Shown: in pieces, positions 9,807 to 19,525 of the stretch
Numbering within the stretch: position 1 is the first letter of the stretch
Layout of the letters: every line of letters begins with the position of its first letter
Source: Deinococcota bacterium
Lineage (GTDB): Bacteria; Deinococcota; Deinococci; Deinococcales; Thermaceae
Reading direction: 5' to 3'
Assembly (NCBI GenBank): GCA_041695225.1
Contig: JBGFRI010000003.1
Coordinates: forward strand, 64,001-128,000
Length of the DNA stretch: 64,000 nucleotides
Notes under the pieces: model-generated
Told to the model about the DNA's origin: nothing
The model's input: only the letters and a program-made list of their open reading frames with translations
Databases searched by the model: none
Translations under genes and position numbers: made by a program

Positions 9807-10441
9807 CCTTTGAAGGCCCCGAGGGCGCGGGGAAATCTACCCAGGTCCAGCTCCTGGCTGCCTGGTTACAAGAGCAAGGATTGCCAGTGGTTCAGACCCG
9901 GGAGCCTGGTGGCACCAGGCTGGGGCAGGACATTCGTCAACTGCTGCTGCACCAGGGTCAGATGTGCGCCGAGGCCGAGTATCTGCTTTACTCCGCCGAC
10001 CGCGCCGAACACATGCGAACTCTCATCCGGCCCGCCCTGGCCCAGGGCCAGATTGTGCTGTGTGACCGCTGGCTCGATTCGTCGCTGGCTTACCAGGGCT
10101 TTGGACGGGGGTTAGACCTGGACTGGTTACGGACCGTGGCCGAGAAGACAATCCAGACCGTCTGGATCGGACGCCGCTTTGCTTTCCGCCCAGACAAAAC
10201 TTTCCTGTTCGATCTGCCACCCGAGGTTGGCTTAGCGCGGCTCGCCAACCCGGACCGGCTGGAGCACGAGAGCATCGAGTTTCACCGGCGGGTGCGGCAG
10301 GGCTACTTAACGCTGGCCGCCGCTGAACCCGAGCGCTTTGTGGTGCTGGATGCAACCCAGGCTCCACAGGCCCTGCAAGCCCAGCTGCGTAAGCAGCTAC
10401 TAGATCTACTGCCTGCTGTACTAATCGGAGGTTGCAGATGA
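9788..10441 (+). CDS. tmk: Thymidylate kinase
   Basis: FEGPEGAGKST, TREPGGT, CDRWLDSSLAYQG, FHRRVRQGY. Confidence 0.95.
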   Translation: MHGLFLTFEGPEGAGKSTQVQLLAAWLQEQGLPVVQTREPGGTRLGQDIRQLLLHQGQMCAEAEYLLYSADRAEHMRTLIRPALAQGQIVLCDRWLDSSLAYQGFGRGLDLDWLRTVAEKTIQTVWIGRRFAFRPDKTFLFDLPPEVGLARLANPDRLEHESIEFHRRVRQGYLTLAAAEPERFVVLDATQAPQALQAQLRKQLLDLLPAVLIGGCR

Positions 10442-10893
10442 ACCGTGAAACAATAGCAGAACAAGCATACAGGCGATTTACCAAGCACATGGAGCGCTGC
10501 CAGCAGTGTGCTCAGGATGATCTGTGTCCTACCGGCCGTATACTCGAGTCCACCTGGTCACAGGCTGAGGACTCAGCTCAGCAGGTATTGTCAAATTGGT
10601 TTCCTGTCGAAGGGCAAGTTGTTTTTATAACTGGGCCCAGACCTTTATGCAGAACCGCGTCTGGCCTGGCTAACCCCGCTTTTCCTGGTGTTTTCATCTG
10701 CCAGCTTGAGCCGTTACAACGCTGGTACCTGATTCATCGGCAGAGTGGGCTAACAATTACTATAGCCGGCTACGCCACAGCCAATGAGGCTATAGCTGCC
10801 GCAGCTGCGTTGCAACATATAGACTGGCAGCGTTCTGCTACAGATTTCCAACGAGACGCCGAGGTCAGACGCACTGTAAGAAATATCAGCTAA
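10432..10893 (+). CDS. Hypothetical protein
   Basis: 153 aa, overlaps the tmk stop; H..C..C...C motif near the N-terminus. Confidence 0.6.
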   Translation: MQMNRETIAEQAYRRFTKHMERCQQCAQDDLCPTGRILESTWSQAEDSAQQVLSNWFPVEGQVVFITGPRPLCRTASGLANPAFPGVFICQLEPLQRWYLIHRQSGLTITIAGYATANEAIAAAAALQHIDWQRSATDFQRDAEVRRTVRNIS

Positions 10894-10905
10894 AAGGAGC
10901 AGTGT

Positions 10906-11457
10906 ATGGATCACAAAACAAGGCAGGCATTTACCACAGCCCACCGACTGGCCCAGTTTTACGGGCACGAATGGGCCCAGCGGGAACTGGAATTCCCAAC
11001 CTGGGCTAAAAGCCCGCGTGACCTTCAGGCCCACATCCGGGTAGAGACCCTGAAGGCCCGGGGTAATAACCTGCCCGGTATTGCAGAGCCAAACCTGCAC
11101 TGGGAACACCGGGCCCAGATGTGGGCAATATCCCACACGACCGCTACGGGCCGGACTATGTACCACATCACATGGGGAAAGGACAACCCCGCATGTCTCA
11201 CCGTTAACGTTTTCAGGCCGAATGACCTCGGGATGATTTACTACCGTCACCAAGCTGGAGCATCTGATGCAGAGGGATGGTGTAGCGGCACCCTCGAGGC
11301 CCGCCACTGGCTGGCCCTGGTCGAACCAATACACTGGCTCGACGGCAACCTGAACCAGCTCAAGATGGCCTTCCCAGACCGGCCCTGGGAGGCCTTCATT
11401 GAACCCTACGAGGAGGGGGAAGTCAGCTGGTGCAGCTATGCCATCAAGACACCCTAA
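10906..11457 (+). CDS. Hypothetical protein
   Basis: 183 aa with AAGGAG RBS. Confidence 0.7.
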   Translation: MDHKTRQAFTTAHRLAQFYGHEWAQRELEFPTWAKSPRDLQAHIRVETLKARGNNLPGIAEPNLHWEHRAQMWAISHTTATGRTMYHITWGKDNPACLTVNVFRPNDLGMIYYRHQAGASDAEGWCSGTLEARHWLALVEPIHWLDGNLNQLKMAFPDRPWEAFIEPYEEGEVSWCSYAIKTP

Positions 11458-11644
11458 CTGGGGTGGACGCCGGCCCGGCGCCGGTCGTCCACCTACCCTT
11501 AGCAAAAAGCGCATCACCGCTATTGCCCTCTCCCCTGCTCTGCTGCAAGAGCTGGATAAGCTACGCGGGAGTATGTCCCGCTCAGCCTTTATCGAGCAGC
11601 TGCTGCGCGATGCCCTGGCCGGCAGACAGACCGAACAACCTTAA
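11438..11644 (+). CDS. Ribbon-helix-helix (CopG-like) DNA-binding protein
   Basis: WGGRRPGAGRP followed by ITAIALSPALLQELD..MSRSAFIEQLL. Confidence 0.7.
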   Translation: MPSRHPNWGGRRPGAGRPPTLSKKRITAIALSPALLQELDKLRGSMSRSAFIEQLLRDALAGRQTEQP

Positions 11645-12198
11645 CTGCCCGCCTTGCCAGGCGCCAGTTTTTTCTGCGCCAGATAATGGGCCCTGGTAAT
11701 ACCCACCAGAAAAGCATCGAAGGCCTGGTAAGCGGTCTCCGGGCTTTTCCAGCGTTTCTTAGCCCGGTCCAGAATCCGCTCGCAGAGATAGACCTCGCCG
11801 GTAGTTAGTTTGGTGATGGTCTTGCGAGTCCGGGCGAGCTGTTCCTCAGGTACAGTCCCGACCAGCGTAGTCACGTAGTCCAGCAGTTTTTTGCGATACC
11901 GGACAGAGATATAACGCCGGTAACTGCGCCCACCCAGATAGCGTGTAGCCTCCTGCAACGCTAGCTCGGTAGCTTCCCGCAGGGAAAAACCCATGTACTG
12001 AGGGGCCTCGAGCTGCACCGCCATCTGCCAGCGCTGCCACGGCTTCAGGTGTTCTAAAGCCAGCAGGAACGTATGGGCAGTAGAATACTCTTCTGCCGAA
12101 AGAGCCAGCAAAATCGCTTCCTCCACAATAGCCCGGGAGTCCAAACGCCGGGTGTGGGCAATTAGAGCGTAAAGCAGATCACAGGCTACTGTCGGCAT
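11641..12198 (-). CDS. Hypothetical protein coupled to recD2
   Basis: ATG 1 nt after the recD2 stop, AAGGAG RBS; 185 aa, basic and helical. Confidence 0.65.
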   Translation of the reverse strand: MPTVACDLLYALIAHTRRLDSRAIVEEAILLALSAEEYSTAHTFLLALEHLKPWQRWQMAVQLEAPQYMGFSLREATELALQEATRYLGGRSYRRYISVRYRKKLLDYVTTLVGTVPEEQLARTRKTITKLTTGEVYLCERILDRAKKRWKSPETAYQAFDAFLVGITRAHYLAQKKLAPGKAGS

Positions 12199-12199
12199 C

Positions 12200-14116
12200 T
12201 TACACTCCTTGCTGCAGCCAGGTTTCACGCTGGCTGGCCCGGCGGGTCAGGGCAGCCTGGTAGGCTTCCAGGTCACCATAGAGCCAGGCGCTCTGCTGGG
12301 CCCGGGTCAGGGCGGTATACAGCATCTCCCGGTTAGGAAAATGACCCTGCTCAGAGGAAAGGGCTATCAGGATATGAGGCCACTGGCTGCCCTGGGAACG
12401 GTGGATACTGATCGCATAGGCGTGGCGCAGGTGCTTGACGGCCTGGTGGGGAATGTGCTGACGACTGCTATCATCCAGCCGTACCAGCAGGGTATCCCTG
12501 TCCACCGCCTCCACCTCCATCATCTGCCCGTTGGCCAGGCCTAAGCTGTAATCATTACGCAGCTGGATCAGCGGATCGCCTACCGCCACTGGCAGCCCAT
12601 TCAACCAGAGAGACTCCCCACCAGGGTTCAGCTGTTCTTTGAGCGCTTTGTTCAGAGCGTCGATCCCCAGCTCACCCCGGTAAACCGGAGAAAGCACCTG
12701 AGGCCGGGTACCCTGCTGGTGCAAACGCCTTACATCCTCCAGAAGAGCAGCCTGGGCCTCGATAGGTTTACCCAGCCGCCAGGCCAGTCCCGGCTGGTTA
12801 TGCAGGGGTGGCAGTCGGCCCGCCTTGATCTCATAGGAGGCCAGGGTTACCGGGTGCTGCTGGCTACGCCGCTGTAGCTGGGTCAGCTGCACCTGTGGCA
12901 TACTCAACCGTAGCAGATCCTGAAAGGGAGCACCTGGCCCCACCGGGGGCAGCTGATCGGCATCTCCCACCAGCAACAGATGGGCCTGGGGAGGCAGGGC
13001 CCGCACCAGCGATGCCAGCAGCTCCACATCCGCCATGCTGGCCTCATCCACCACCACCAGATCGGCCTGGAGGGGGTTCTCTGCGGTATGGGCAAAGCTC
13101 TCCCCGTTCCAGCCCAGCTGGGCATGGATGGTATGGGCACCCCGCCGGGTCAGCTCCATCAGACGTACCGCAGCCTTACCGGTAGGAGCTAACAAAAGTA
13201 CCTCCTGCCGGGCTCGTTCGGCAGCCTCCACCAGGGCTGCACAGGTGAAGCTCTTGCCGGTACCAGGACCGCCGGTAAGCAGGGCGTGGCCGCGCTCCAC
13301 CAGGGGCCACAGGCTGCGCTGTTCCCCGGTCAACCCAGACGGAGGTGTAGTCAGCCGCAAGGGCGCTAGAGCGCGACGGCGGAAAAAGTCCAGTATGGTC
13401 CGCTCAGACTGAAAGTAACGCTCCAGGCCGAGGCGGGAACCTTTTTGGTGTATCACCGAGCCTACCAGGGGCCGGGCCCCCTCAGGCAACGGCTGGGAGT
13501 AGTCAGGCAGGGTGTGCCCTTGCTGGGACTGCTCTAGTAGCCAGACCAGCACCACTCCTTGAGGACGTAAGTGCTGTAGCTGGCGCCGCTGGGCCACCTG
13601 GTCTGCTTCAGCCAGGGGAAGGCCCTCGAGTACAAACAGATAAGGATTCTGAGCCAGCCGGCCCAGGTCTACCCGCCATAAGACGCGAGCCGACTCGGGA
13701 GACAGGCCCTGTTCCAACAGTGCGTACTCATTCTGAATACGCGGCCAGTCGGTCAGAATCTGCTGCAAGCGACGGCTGCTGGCAAAAGGTGCCAGTGCCA
13801 TAGGATTACCTTTCAATGCCTCACAGGCCACTGCCTCGCTCGGCCTGCGACGCAGATCCAGGCGCTCCTCAAGCCAGGCGGCAGCCTCGAGGCTTACCTC
13901 GACCTCCTTCAAGGCCCGCACCTGGTAGGTCAGGCCATAACGCGGATGCTCAAAACTGCTGAATATACCCTGCACCCAGGTTCCCGGCAACAGCGGAGGC
14001 AGCTCTCCTGCCAGCCGCACCCGTGCCCCTTCGAGCAGGATCTCCAGAACGGCAAAACTACCCTGGCGGTAGATTTCCTTTTCAACACGGGCCCGGCCAG
14101 AGGAAGCTTCTACCAT
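12200..14116 (-). CDS. recD2: RecD2-like SF1B helicase
   Basis: GGPGTGKS, VVDEASM, VGDADQLPPVGPG, AYAISIHRSQGS, LYTALTRA; N-terminal HPRYG and NPY motifs. Confidence 0.9.
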   Translation of the reverse strand: MVEASSGRARVEKEIYRQGSFAVLEILLEGARVRLAGELPPLLPGTWVQGIFSSFEHPRYGLTYQVRALKEVEVSLEAAAWLEERLDLRRRPSEAVACEALKGNPMALAPFASSRRLQQILTDWPRIQNEYALLEQGLSPESARVLWRVDLGRLAQNPYLFVLEGLPLAEADQVAQRRQLQHLRPQGVVLVWLLEQSQQGHTLPDYSQPLPEGARPLVGSVIHQKGSRLGLERYFQSERTILDFFRRRALAPLRLTTPPSGLTGEQRSLWPLVERGHALLTGGPGTGKSFTCAALVEAAERARQEVLLLAPTGKAAVRLMELTRRGAHTIHAQLGWNGESFAHTAENPLQADLVVVDEASMADVELLASLVRALPPQAHLLLVGDADQLPPVGPGAPFQDLLRLSMPQVQLTQLQRRSQQHPVTLASYEIKAGRLPPLHNQPGLAWRLGKPIEAQAALLEDVRRLHQQGTRPQVLSPVYRGELGIDALNKALKEQLNPGGESLWLNGLPVAVGDPLIQLRNDYSLGLANGQMMEVEAVDRDTLLVRLDDSSRQHIPHQAVKHLRHAYAISIHRSQGSQWPHILIALSSEQGHFPNREMLYTALTRAQQSAWLYGDLEAYQAALTRRASQRETWLQQGV

Positions 14117-14210
14117 AACTATATGGTATATGAAGTGTCTACAGGAGACTGGGTAGCGTGAGAAGGTACTGGTATGGGTGTAAGAAAACTAACGGCTCTG
14201 CACGCAGAAA

Positions 14211-14543
14211 CAGGCATGTCCCCCACACAGTAGGGAAACAACAAACAGCTCGAGATCAGTCCTCGTCAGCTTGGTTTACCCCCACGGACGTAGGGAGAAC
14301 GGTGTTGATGTAAATCCCCAGTGCAGTAGCGACGGTACACCCCCACGCACGTAGGGGACATGAAACACACCGACTTCGCTAGGGTCATAGCGCGGTAAAC
14401 CCCCACGCACGTAGGGAACACCTGGGTGTGATCCTGGCGCTGACCTGGCCGCACGGTACACCCCCACGCACGTAGGGAACATCAGGTTGCTTCTGCTGGG
14501 CATTCACGTCCGGGCGGTACACCCCCACGCACGTAGGGAACAC
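14211..14543 (-). CRISPR. Cas-less CRISPR array, type I-E-like repeat, 6 repeats and 5 spacers
   Basis: 29-bp repeats (minus-strand consensus GTGTTCCCTACGTGCGTGGGGGTGTACCG) at 14515, 14454, 14393, 14333, 14272 and a degenerate one at ~14212; spacers 31-32 nt; degeneration towards the left and a G-U-compatible stem support minus orientation with the leader at 14544-14645. Confidence 0.95.
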
Positions 14544-14645
14544 ACTTGACCAGCACAGCAATCACGCCGTGCTAACCCCCTGAAGTCTCCACCCTGTCAA
14601 AATCCGCAGGCCTGAAGCGTTGCCTGGCTAACAGCATATCACCAT

Positions 14646-15137
14646 CTACCCAGCCCGCAAGGAAGTTTCTGAGACCTCCCACAAACGATGCAATGCAATT
14701 CCCACCATCATGGCATCGCGCTCATCGGCATTGCTGCGCGGTAGCCCTACCACTAGCCGCTCCAGGATAGCCCGCGAAGTACGATCCGCCTCAGCAGCCC
14801 GCAGGAAGCTGCCTTTCCCCAACAACAAGCGCCGCCAGGAAAGAGGGCCGCTCGAAGGCACTCCCCGGTAGCCCAAGGCCAGCAGTCCCCCCACCGTGTA
14901 GGCAGTACGGTACAGGGCAGCCACCCGGGCCCCCCGTGGCAGATATTCTCCCAACAACTCCACCCCTGGCCGTGCCCCAGGAAAACGTTTTAGCAGCTCC
15001 TGGCCAGCCTGTAAAACCTGGCCGGCATCTTCCAGAAGCACCCGGCCCTTGTCCAGAAGTAAATAACGCCCACCTCTGGGCTCCAGTGCAGCCCAGGCAA
15101 ATCCTAGTGGGCGGGGATCAACCCCGAGTAGAACCAT
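14646..15137 (-). CDS. RuvC-like (RNase H fold) nuclease, copy 1
   Basis: LLGVDP ... GVE ... NADERDA acidic pattern; 163 aa. Confidence 0.75.
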   Translation of the reverse strand: MVLLGVDPRPLGFAWAALEPRGGRYLLLDKGRVLLEDAGQVLQAGQELLKRFPGARPGVELLGEYLPRGARVAALYRTAYTVGGLLALGYRGVPSSGPLSWRRLLLGKGSFLRAAEADRTSRAILERLVVGLPRSNADERDAMMVGIALHRLWEVSETSLRAG

Positions 15138-15183
15138 GCTACTAAACATTATAGTATACTGTTTGACGATAGGAGGAAGAAAA

Positions 15184-15606
15184 ATGGGAACAGACTGCTA
15201 CTATAACCTAAGCCAGGTTCAGGTGATGCCCGAAAAGCGGGCAATACTTGAGACACTGATCACCTCCGCCGGACAGAATACGCTCGGCCAGGATCACCTG
15301 CTCCTGGCGGCCCCCGCACTGCCAGCAGAAATGGCAGACGACATGCGTCTCGAGCCGTTAGCCCGTCTGGTGATTGAACCAGACGGTTCGCTGATCTTCG
15401 AGACAGAGGATCTGCCATGGAGAAACCTCTCCCCCGGCTCTATGGCAACGTTTTTGTCACACTTCTGCCAGCCGGGAGGGGTGCTGCTCGTCACAGTTGA
15501 TGACGAGCACTGGGGGTACCGACTCGAGGGAGCTGGCGCAATAAAACGCCTGGAACCGGCGCTAGTAGATCCGGACACGAAGGAGTTCGTGGAATGGCTC
15601 TACTAG
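15184..15606 (+). CDS. Small acidic hypothetical protein
   Basis: 140 aa; TATACT-N7-GATAGGAGG leader. Confidence 0.75.
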   Translation: MGTDCYYNLSQVQVMPEKRAILETLITSAGQNTLGQDHLLLAAPALPAEMADDMRLEPLARLVIEPDGSLIFETEDLPWRNLSPGSMATFLSHFCQPGGVLLVTVDDEHWGYRLEGAGAIKRLEPALVDPDTKEFVEWLY

Positions 15607-15726
15607 CACTTGCTGGGACTGGGAGGGAGATCCGCCAGGGCCGGCTCTACACCCTGGCCCGGTTCAAGCGCCTTCCCAGGCCCCCAATTCAGCTAACGCG
15701 GCAAAGCCGGAGAAGGGAGATGCTCC

Positions 15727-16263
15727 ATGCTGATCCTGGGCCTCGACCCTGATCCGGTGGGCGCCACCATCGTGTTTCTGCAGCCGGCCGGGGAGGCCTT
15801 CCGGCTGGTACGCTGGGGACTGGTGCGACCCCCAGGCGCCCCCAGCCAGCACACCTACCAGATCACCCCGGAGGAGTTGCAGGCTCTCCTCCCGGGGACG
15901 GTGGTGGGCGTCGAAGTCATCGACAAGCTCTTCTCCCCCACCAAAGAGGAGGTGGCCCAGCTGCAGGCCACCCGGCAGATGGGCCAGAGCCTGGCCGAGC
16001 TGGCTGAGGAGACCGCCCTGGCCTGCTACACCTTCCCCGGATGCTTCCGGGGCCAGGAAGAGGAGCTTTTCACCGGGGGCTCCTGGCCCAGCCGCCTCAC
16101 CGGCCTGCGCTACCCTGGCGCAAAGGATGTCCGGCGGGAAATCCGCCAGCAGGTGCCTACCATTGCCCGCTGGCTGAGCAATCCCCATGTCCGGGACGCC
16201 CTGGGAGTAGCCCTGCTGGCCGCCCGGCTGGCCCAGCGGGAGGGCCGCTGGACAGCCTGCTGA
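15727..16263 (+). CDS. RuvC-like nuclease, copy 2
   Basis: ILGLDP ... VGVEV ... PHVRDALGVA. Confidence 0.7.
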   Translation: MLILGLDPDPVGATIVFLQPAGEAFRLVRWGLVRPPGAPSQHTYQITPEELQALLPGTVVGVEVIDKLFSPTKEEVAQLQATRQMGQSLAELAEETALACYTFPGCFRGQEEELFTGGSWPSRLTGLRYPGAKDVRREIRQQVPTIARWLSNPHVRDALGVALLAARLAQREGRWTAC

Positions 16264-16316
16264 AGCCACAGCAATAACAGAAGGCCCCTCACCGGGGCCT
16301 TCCTTTTTCGTCTTCT

Positions 16317-17048
16317 TCAGGCCGCCTCGTAGCCAAACCCGGTCTTGCGCACCAAGTTTTTGGCCTCGAGGGCCCCGCAGATCCCGATAATGTCCCTGGT
16401 CTGAAGCCTGGTCCTGCCCGCCAGCTCGGTTATATCGTAGATTCCCTGGGCAATCAGGCCCATCACCAGCCGCTCAGGCCCATTCAGCGCAGCCTCCGCA
16501 CCAGGCTGGGCCTGGGTGTGTATGTGATTCTCCACCCGCACCATAGCCGCGGCAACCGCCCCGGCCTGGGCCGGCGGGGCCAAGCTAGAGGACTGGCTCG
16601 AGCGCACCCCCATCTGGATGGCGGTCTCCTCCTCCGGCGCCTCGCTCAAGGCACCCAGCACCTGGCCGATCCGCATGGCCGTGAGAGGCACGAAGGTCGA
16701 AAGAATAAAGCCCACCGCCGCATCAGCCCAGCGGGCCGCCAGCAGGTGGTCCCAGACCATCGAGTAGGCCACCGCAAACCAGACCAGCAGCATTGCCGAG
16801 ACCGCCGCCTGCTTGGCCATCGCCGCCCCCATCCCCCGCAAACGCACCGAAAGGTACGAAAAATACAGGATGGCCATATCCAGGCCCAGCGCCACCCCCA
16901 CCGCCCCGATCCAGCCAGGAATCATCAGATCCCCCAGCTGCACCGGGTGCGAGTAGCGCAGCAGCGCATGTAGCAGGTGCAAAAACGAGGTCACCAGAAT
17001 GGTGGTGTAGACGAACAGGCCAATCCAGATCAACTGTCTCTTGTTCAT
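16317..17048 (-). CDS. Multi-pass membrane protein with C-terminal winged helix
   Basis: About four hydrophobic segments, then ITELAGRTRL..IIGICGALEAKNLV. Confidence 0.7.
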   Translation of the reverse strand: MNKRQLIWIGLFVYTTILVTSFLHLLHALLRYSHPVQLGDLMIPGWIGAVGVALGLDMAILYFSYLSVRLRGMGAAMAKQAAVSAMLLVWFAVAYSMVWDHLLAARWADAAVGFILSTFVPLTAMRIGQVLGALSEAPEEETAIQMGVRSSQSSSLAPPAQAGAVAAAMVRVENHIHTQAQPGAEAALNGPERLVMGLIAQGIYDITELAGRTRLQTRDIIGICGALEAKNLVRKTGFGYEAA

Positions 17049-17159
17049 ACTGCGCCATCTCCTGTGCAACCATTATATATCATATTTTCTGCCCTCTCAT
17101 CCGTCTCAGGCCATATTGGGCCTGGGCAGCAGTCGGCGCCCTCTGAGGCAATGAGGTCC

Positions 17160-17296
17160 TTCCCTCTCTCATACTGTCTCATCAAGTGGTGAGCAAAAAC
17201 GACCTCTTTTTCCCGTCCCAGACGGCAGTATTCTCCAAACGGGCCACACCCATCCAGCCCCATCACCCCGCCCGCTTCCGCATCACCCAGGGATCC
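17160..17296 (+). repeat. 137-bp direct repeat, copy 1
   Basis: Identical to 19389-19525. Confidence 0.95.
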
Positions 17297-18294
17297 ACCC
17301 CGTAGCCACCAAACACCCGTTCCAGGGCAGCAAATGCCTGCTCCGCTGTCCGCAGCATCTCCTCCGCCTCCTCCCGCTGCTGGGGGTCCAGGATATGCCG
17401 CAGATTCCGGCGCAGCTGCCGCAGCCCTGCCATCATCCGTGTGCGTTGCACGGGCTCGGAGCGCTGCCCCAGCAGGCGGCGGCGCTCCTGCTCCAGTGTT
17501 TTGACCAGATCCCCCCGCCGGCCCTCCTCCCGAATAAACTCGGCGAGCACCTCATCCTCGAGGTCGGGATGGTCGGGTAGGGCCCGCCTCATTTTTTTGA
17601 TCCAGGCGCTCATCCGCCGGCCAGGCTCCCAGGCCAGATGCCCCTCCTGCAGGGCCTCCTGTACCAGGGGGTGCAGGTTCTGGTAGGCAGCCAGATAAGC
17701 GGCCATCTCCTCCAGCTCCAGCCCCTGCAGAGCGAACATCTGCCGCAGCTCCTGCCGCAGCCAGGCGTACCGCTCCAGCACCCAGTCGGGAGGCGGGGGC
17801 ACCCGCGCCTTCTCGGGATCGACCACATACCGGACGATGTTAGCCCACTCCTCGCGGGAGAGTGTTTGCCCCGAGGCTGCATTGATAAAGTCCAGGCTGT
17901 GGCCCCAGGCCATCCAAAACTCCTCGAAGACCTCCAGCCGGGTCTGGCGGTTGCTGGCCGTCAGAATCTCCTTTCCCATACTGGTCTCGAACAGGACGCA
18001 GGGCACGAACCGCAACCCGGCCGCTTTTGCCGCCCGCCAGCGCCGCTCGCCAGAAACGATATAGCAGCGGTTGTTCACCACCGAGATCACCAGTGGGGTC
18101 AGGACGCCCACATCGCGGATGCTCTCCTCCAGCTCCCGCATCAGAACGGGATCAAAAGTCTTGCGGGGCTGGTGAGGGTGGGGCTCGAGGTCATTCACAT
18201 TCATGGGAAAAATCTTGCGGTCGTTCTCCTGGGCGTACAGGTCAGGGATGGCACGTACAAACTCCAGCTCAGGGTTGTCAGTTTTATCAGGCAT
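17263..18294 (-). CDS. ParB/Spo0J N-terminal domain protein (second ParB-like)
   Basis: PHPHQPRKTF, GVLTPL, IVSGERRWRAAK. Confidence 0.85.
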   Translation of the reverse strand: MPDKTDNPELEFVRAIPDLYAQENDRKIFPMNVNDLEPHPHQPRKTFDPVLMRELEESIRDVGVLTPLVISVVNNRCYIVSGERRWRAAKAAGLRFVPCVLFETSMGKEILTASNRQTRLEVFEEFWMAWGHSLDFINAASGQTLSREEWANIVRYVVDPEKARVPPPPDWVLERYAWLRQELRQMFALQGLELEEMAAYLAAYQNLHPLVQEALQEGHLAWEPGRRMSAWIKKMRRALPDHPDLEDEVLAEFIREEGRRGDLVKTLEQERRRLLGQRSEPVQRTRMMAGLRQLRRNLRHILDPQQREEAEEMLRTAEQAFAALERVFGGYGVDPWVMRKRAG

Positions 18295-18370
18295 AACCTT
18301 CCTCCAACGCAGAGTTTAGCAACTATGAGATTCGATTGTCTACTATCACAACCGGGTATATAATTAACCC

Positions 18371-19009
18371 ATGAAGCTATCCACCCTCTCCAAAACCACC
18401 GGCATCTCCGAACGCACCATCAACCGCGCCGTCAAACAGCTGGCCCAGAGTGACGGCCTGGCCCTGAGCAATGGGGAGGTATCCGGGCCGGACCTCCCTT
18501 ACTTGCTGGCTACCCTGGACGAGCTGAAGGGGATGCCAGCCTCCGCACGGCTGCCGGTAGTAGAGCGCTTCCGGGAGTTGAAGCAGCGGGGTGGCGGCCA
18601 GACTCCTGCCCCCTCCGGGGAAACAGGCCAGGCCGGGCCTGGTGGTGAGCAGCAGGTACAGCAGGTGCTGGCAGAGCTGCGCCAGGCGGTTGCGGGCCTC
18701 GAGAAAAACCAGCGCAGCCAGCAGGCTGATCTGCACAAGCGGCTGGTGGCGCTCGAGGAGCGGTTTGCCCGGGTGAATAAAGCCATGACCGCTATTGAGC
18801 TGATGCTGGAGGATGAGGATGTGGACAATAACCTCTATAACATCCTGGTTGGGCATATCGGGGCCTTCAACCACCGGCTGACCCGGAATGAGCAATACTG
18901 GAGTGAGCTAGGGCGGGGGTTGACCGCGGCCTACGTGAAGCTGGCGGATGACAAGCGGGAGATCAAGAACTTGATCAAAGATTTGATCGCACTCCTGAGC
19001 CCCAAGTAG
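18371..19009 (+). CDS. HTH + coiled-coil protein
   Basis: LSKTTGISERTINRAVK helix-turn-helix; heptad-rich C-terminal half. Confidence 0.75.
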   Translation: MKLSTLSKTTGISERTINRAVKQLAQSDGLALSNGEVSGPDLPYLLATLDELKGMPASARLPVVERFRELKQRGGGQTPAPSGETGQAGPGGEQQVQQVLAELRQAVAGLEKNQRSQQADLHKRLVALEERFARVNKAMTAIELMLEDEDVDNNLYNILVGHIGAFNHRLTRNEQYWSELGRGLTAAYVKLADDKREIKNLIKDLIALLSPK

Positions 19010-19388
19010 AGCCTGGCTGGCCCGGAAAGTTTAGACCGGCGTGTCACGGCGCGTTGGTCTAATTTCGTCTGGGGAGGCAGAGCAGTTGGGAGGAGTGGGG
19101 GTATGTCGGAAGCGCTCGAGCGACAAAATGACCAACGTGTCATGACAGGTTGGTCAAACTCTCTGGAAAAAAAGGTTTGAGTTTGGGGGGTGGTTGGATG
19201 CCCTGGAGAGGGGCAGGCCGCCCTCCCCGGCATCGCCAGCTGAACCTGTCCCGCTATGGCTGCCTCTGTCGTTGTCCCGGTGGTGGCTGCTGTGGTCGCA
19301 GTCTTTCCAGCTGTTGCCGCGGCTGTTCTGGTTGAAAATGCTGGGCGCCATTTCGCAGCACCTCCTTCGCCTCCTCCCACCCTACTCT

Positions 19389-19525
19389 TTCCCTCTCTCA
19401 TACTGTCTCATCAAGTGGTGAGCAAAAACGACCTCTTTTTCCCGTCCCAGACGGCAGTATTCTCCAAACGGGCCACACCCATCCAGCCCCATCACCCCGC
19501 CCGCTTCCGCATCACCCAGGGATCC
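19389..19525 (+). repeat. 137-bp direct repeat, copy 2
   Basis: Identical to 17160-17296. Confidence 0.95.

Noticed and set aside
14266..14503. Short ORFs with repeated FPTCVGVYR
   Set aside because: They are translations of the CRISPR repeats.
11641..15149. Calling this a type IV-D CRISPR-Cas system
   Set aside because: RecD and an array are present, but I see no Csf/Cas7, Cas5 or Cas6 genes.
14646..16263. TnpB/Cas12 or TIGR-Tas assignment for the RuvC-like ORFs
   Set aside because: Too short, with no zinc finger, recognition or Nop domain visible, and no 36-nt TIGR-like array seen.
19154..19351. 65-aa minus-strand ORF with an AAGGAGGT RBS
   Set aside because: Low-complexity product with no motif; may be real but unsupported.
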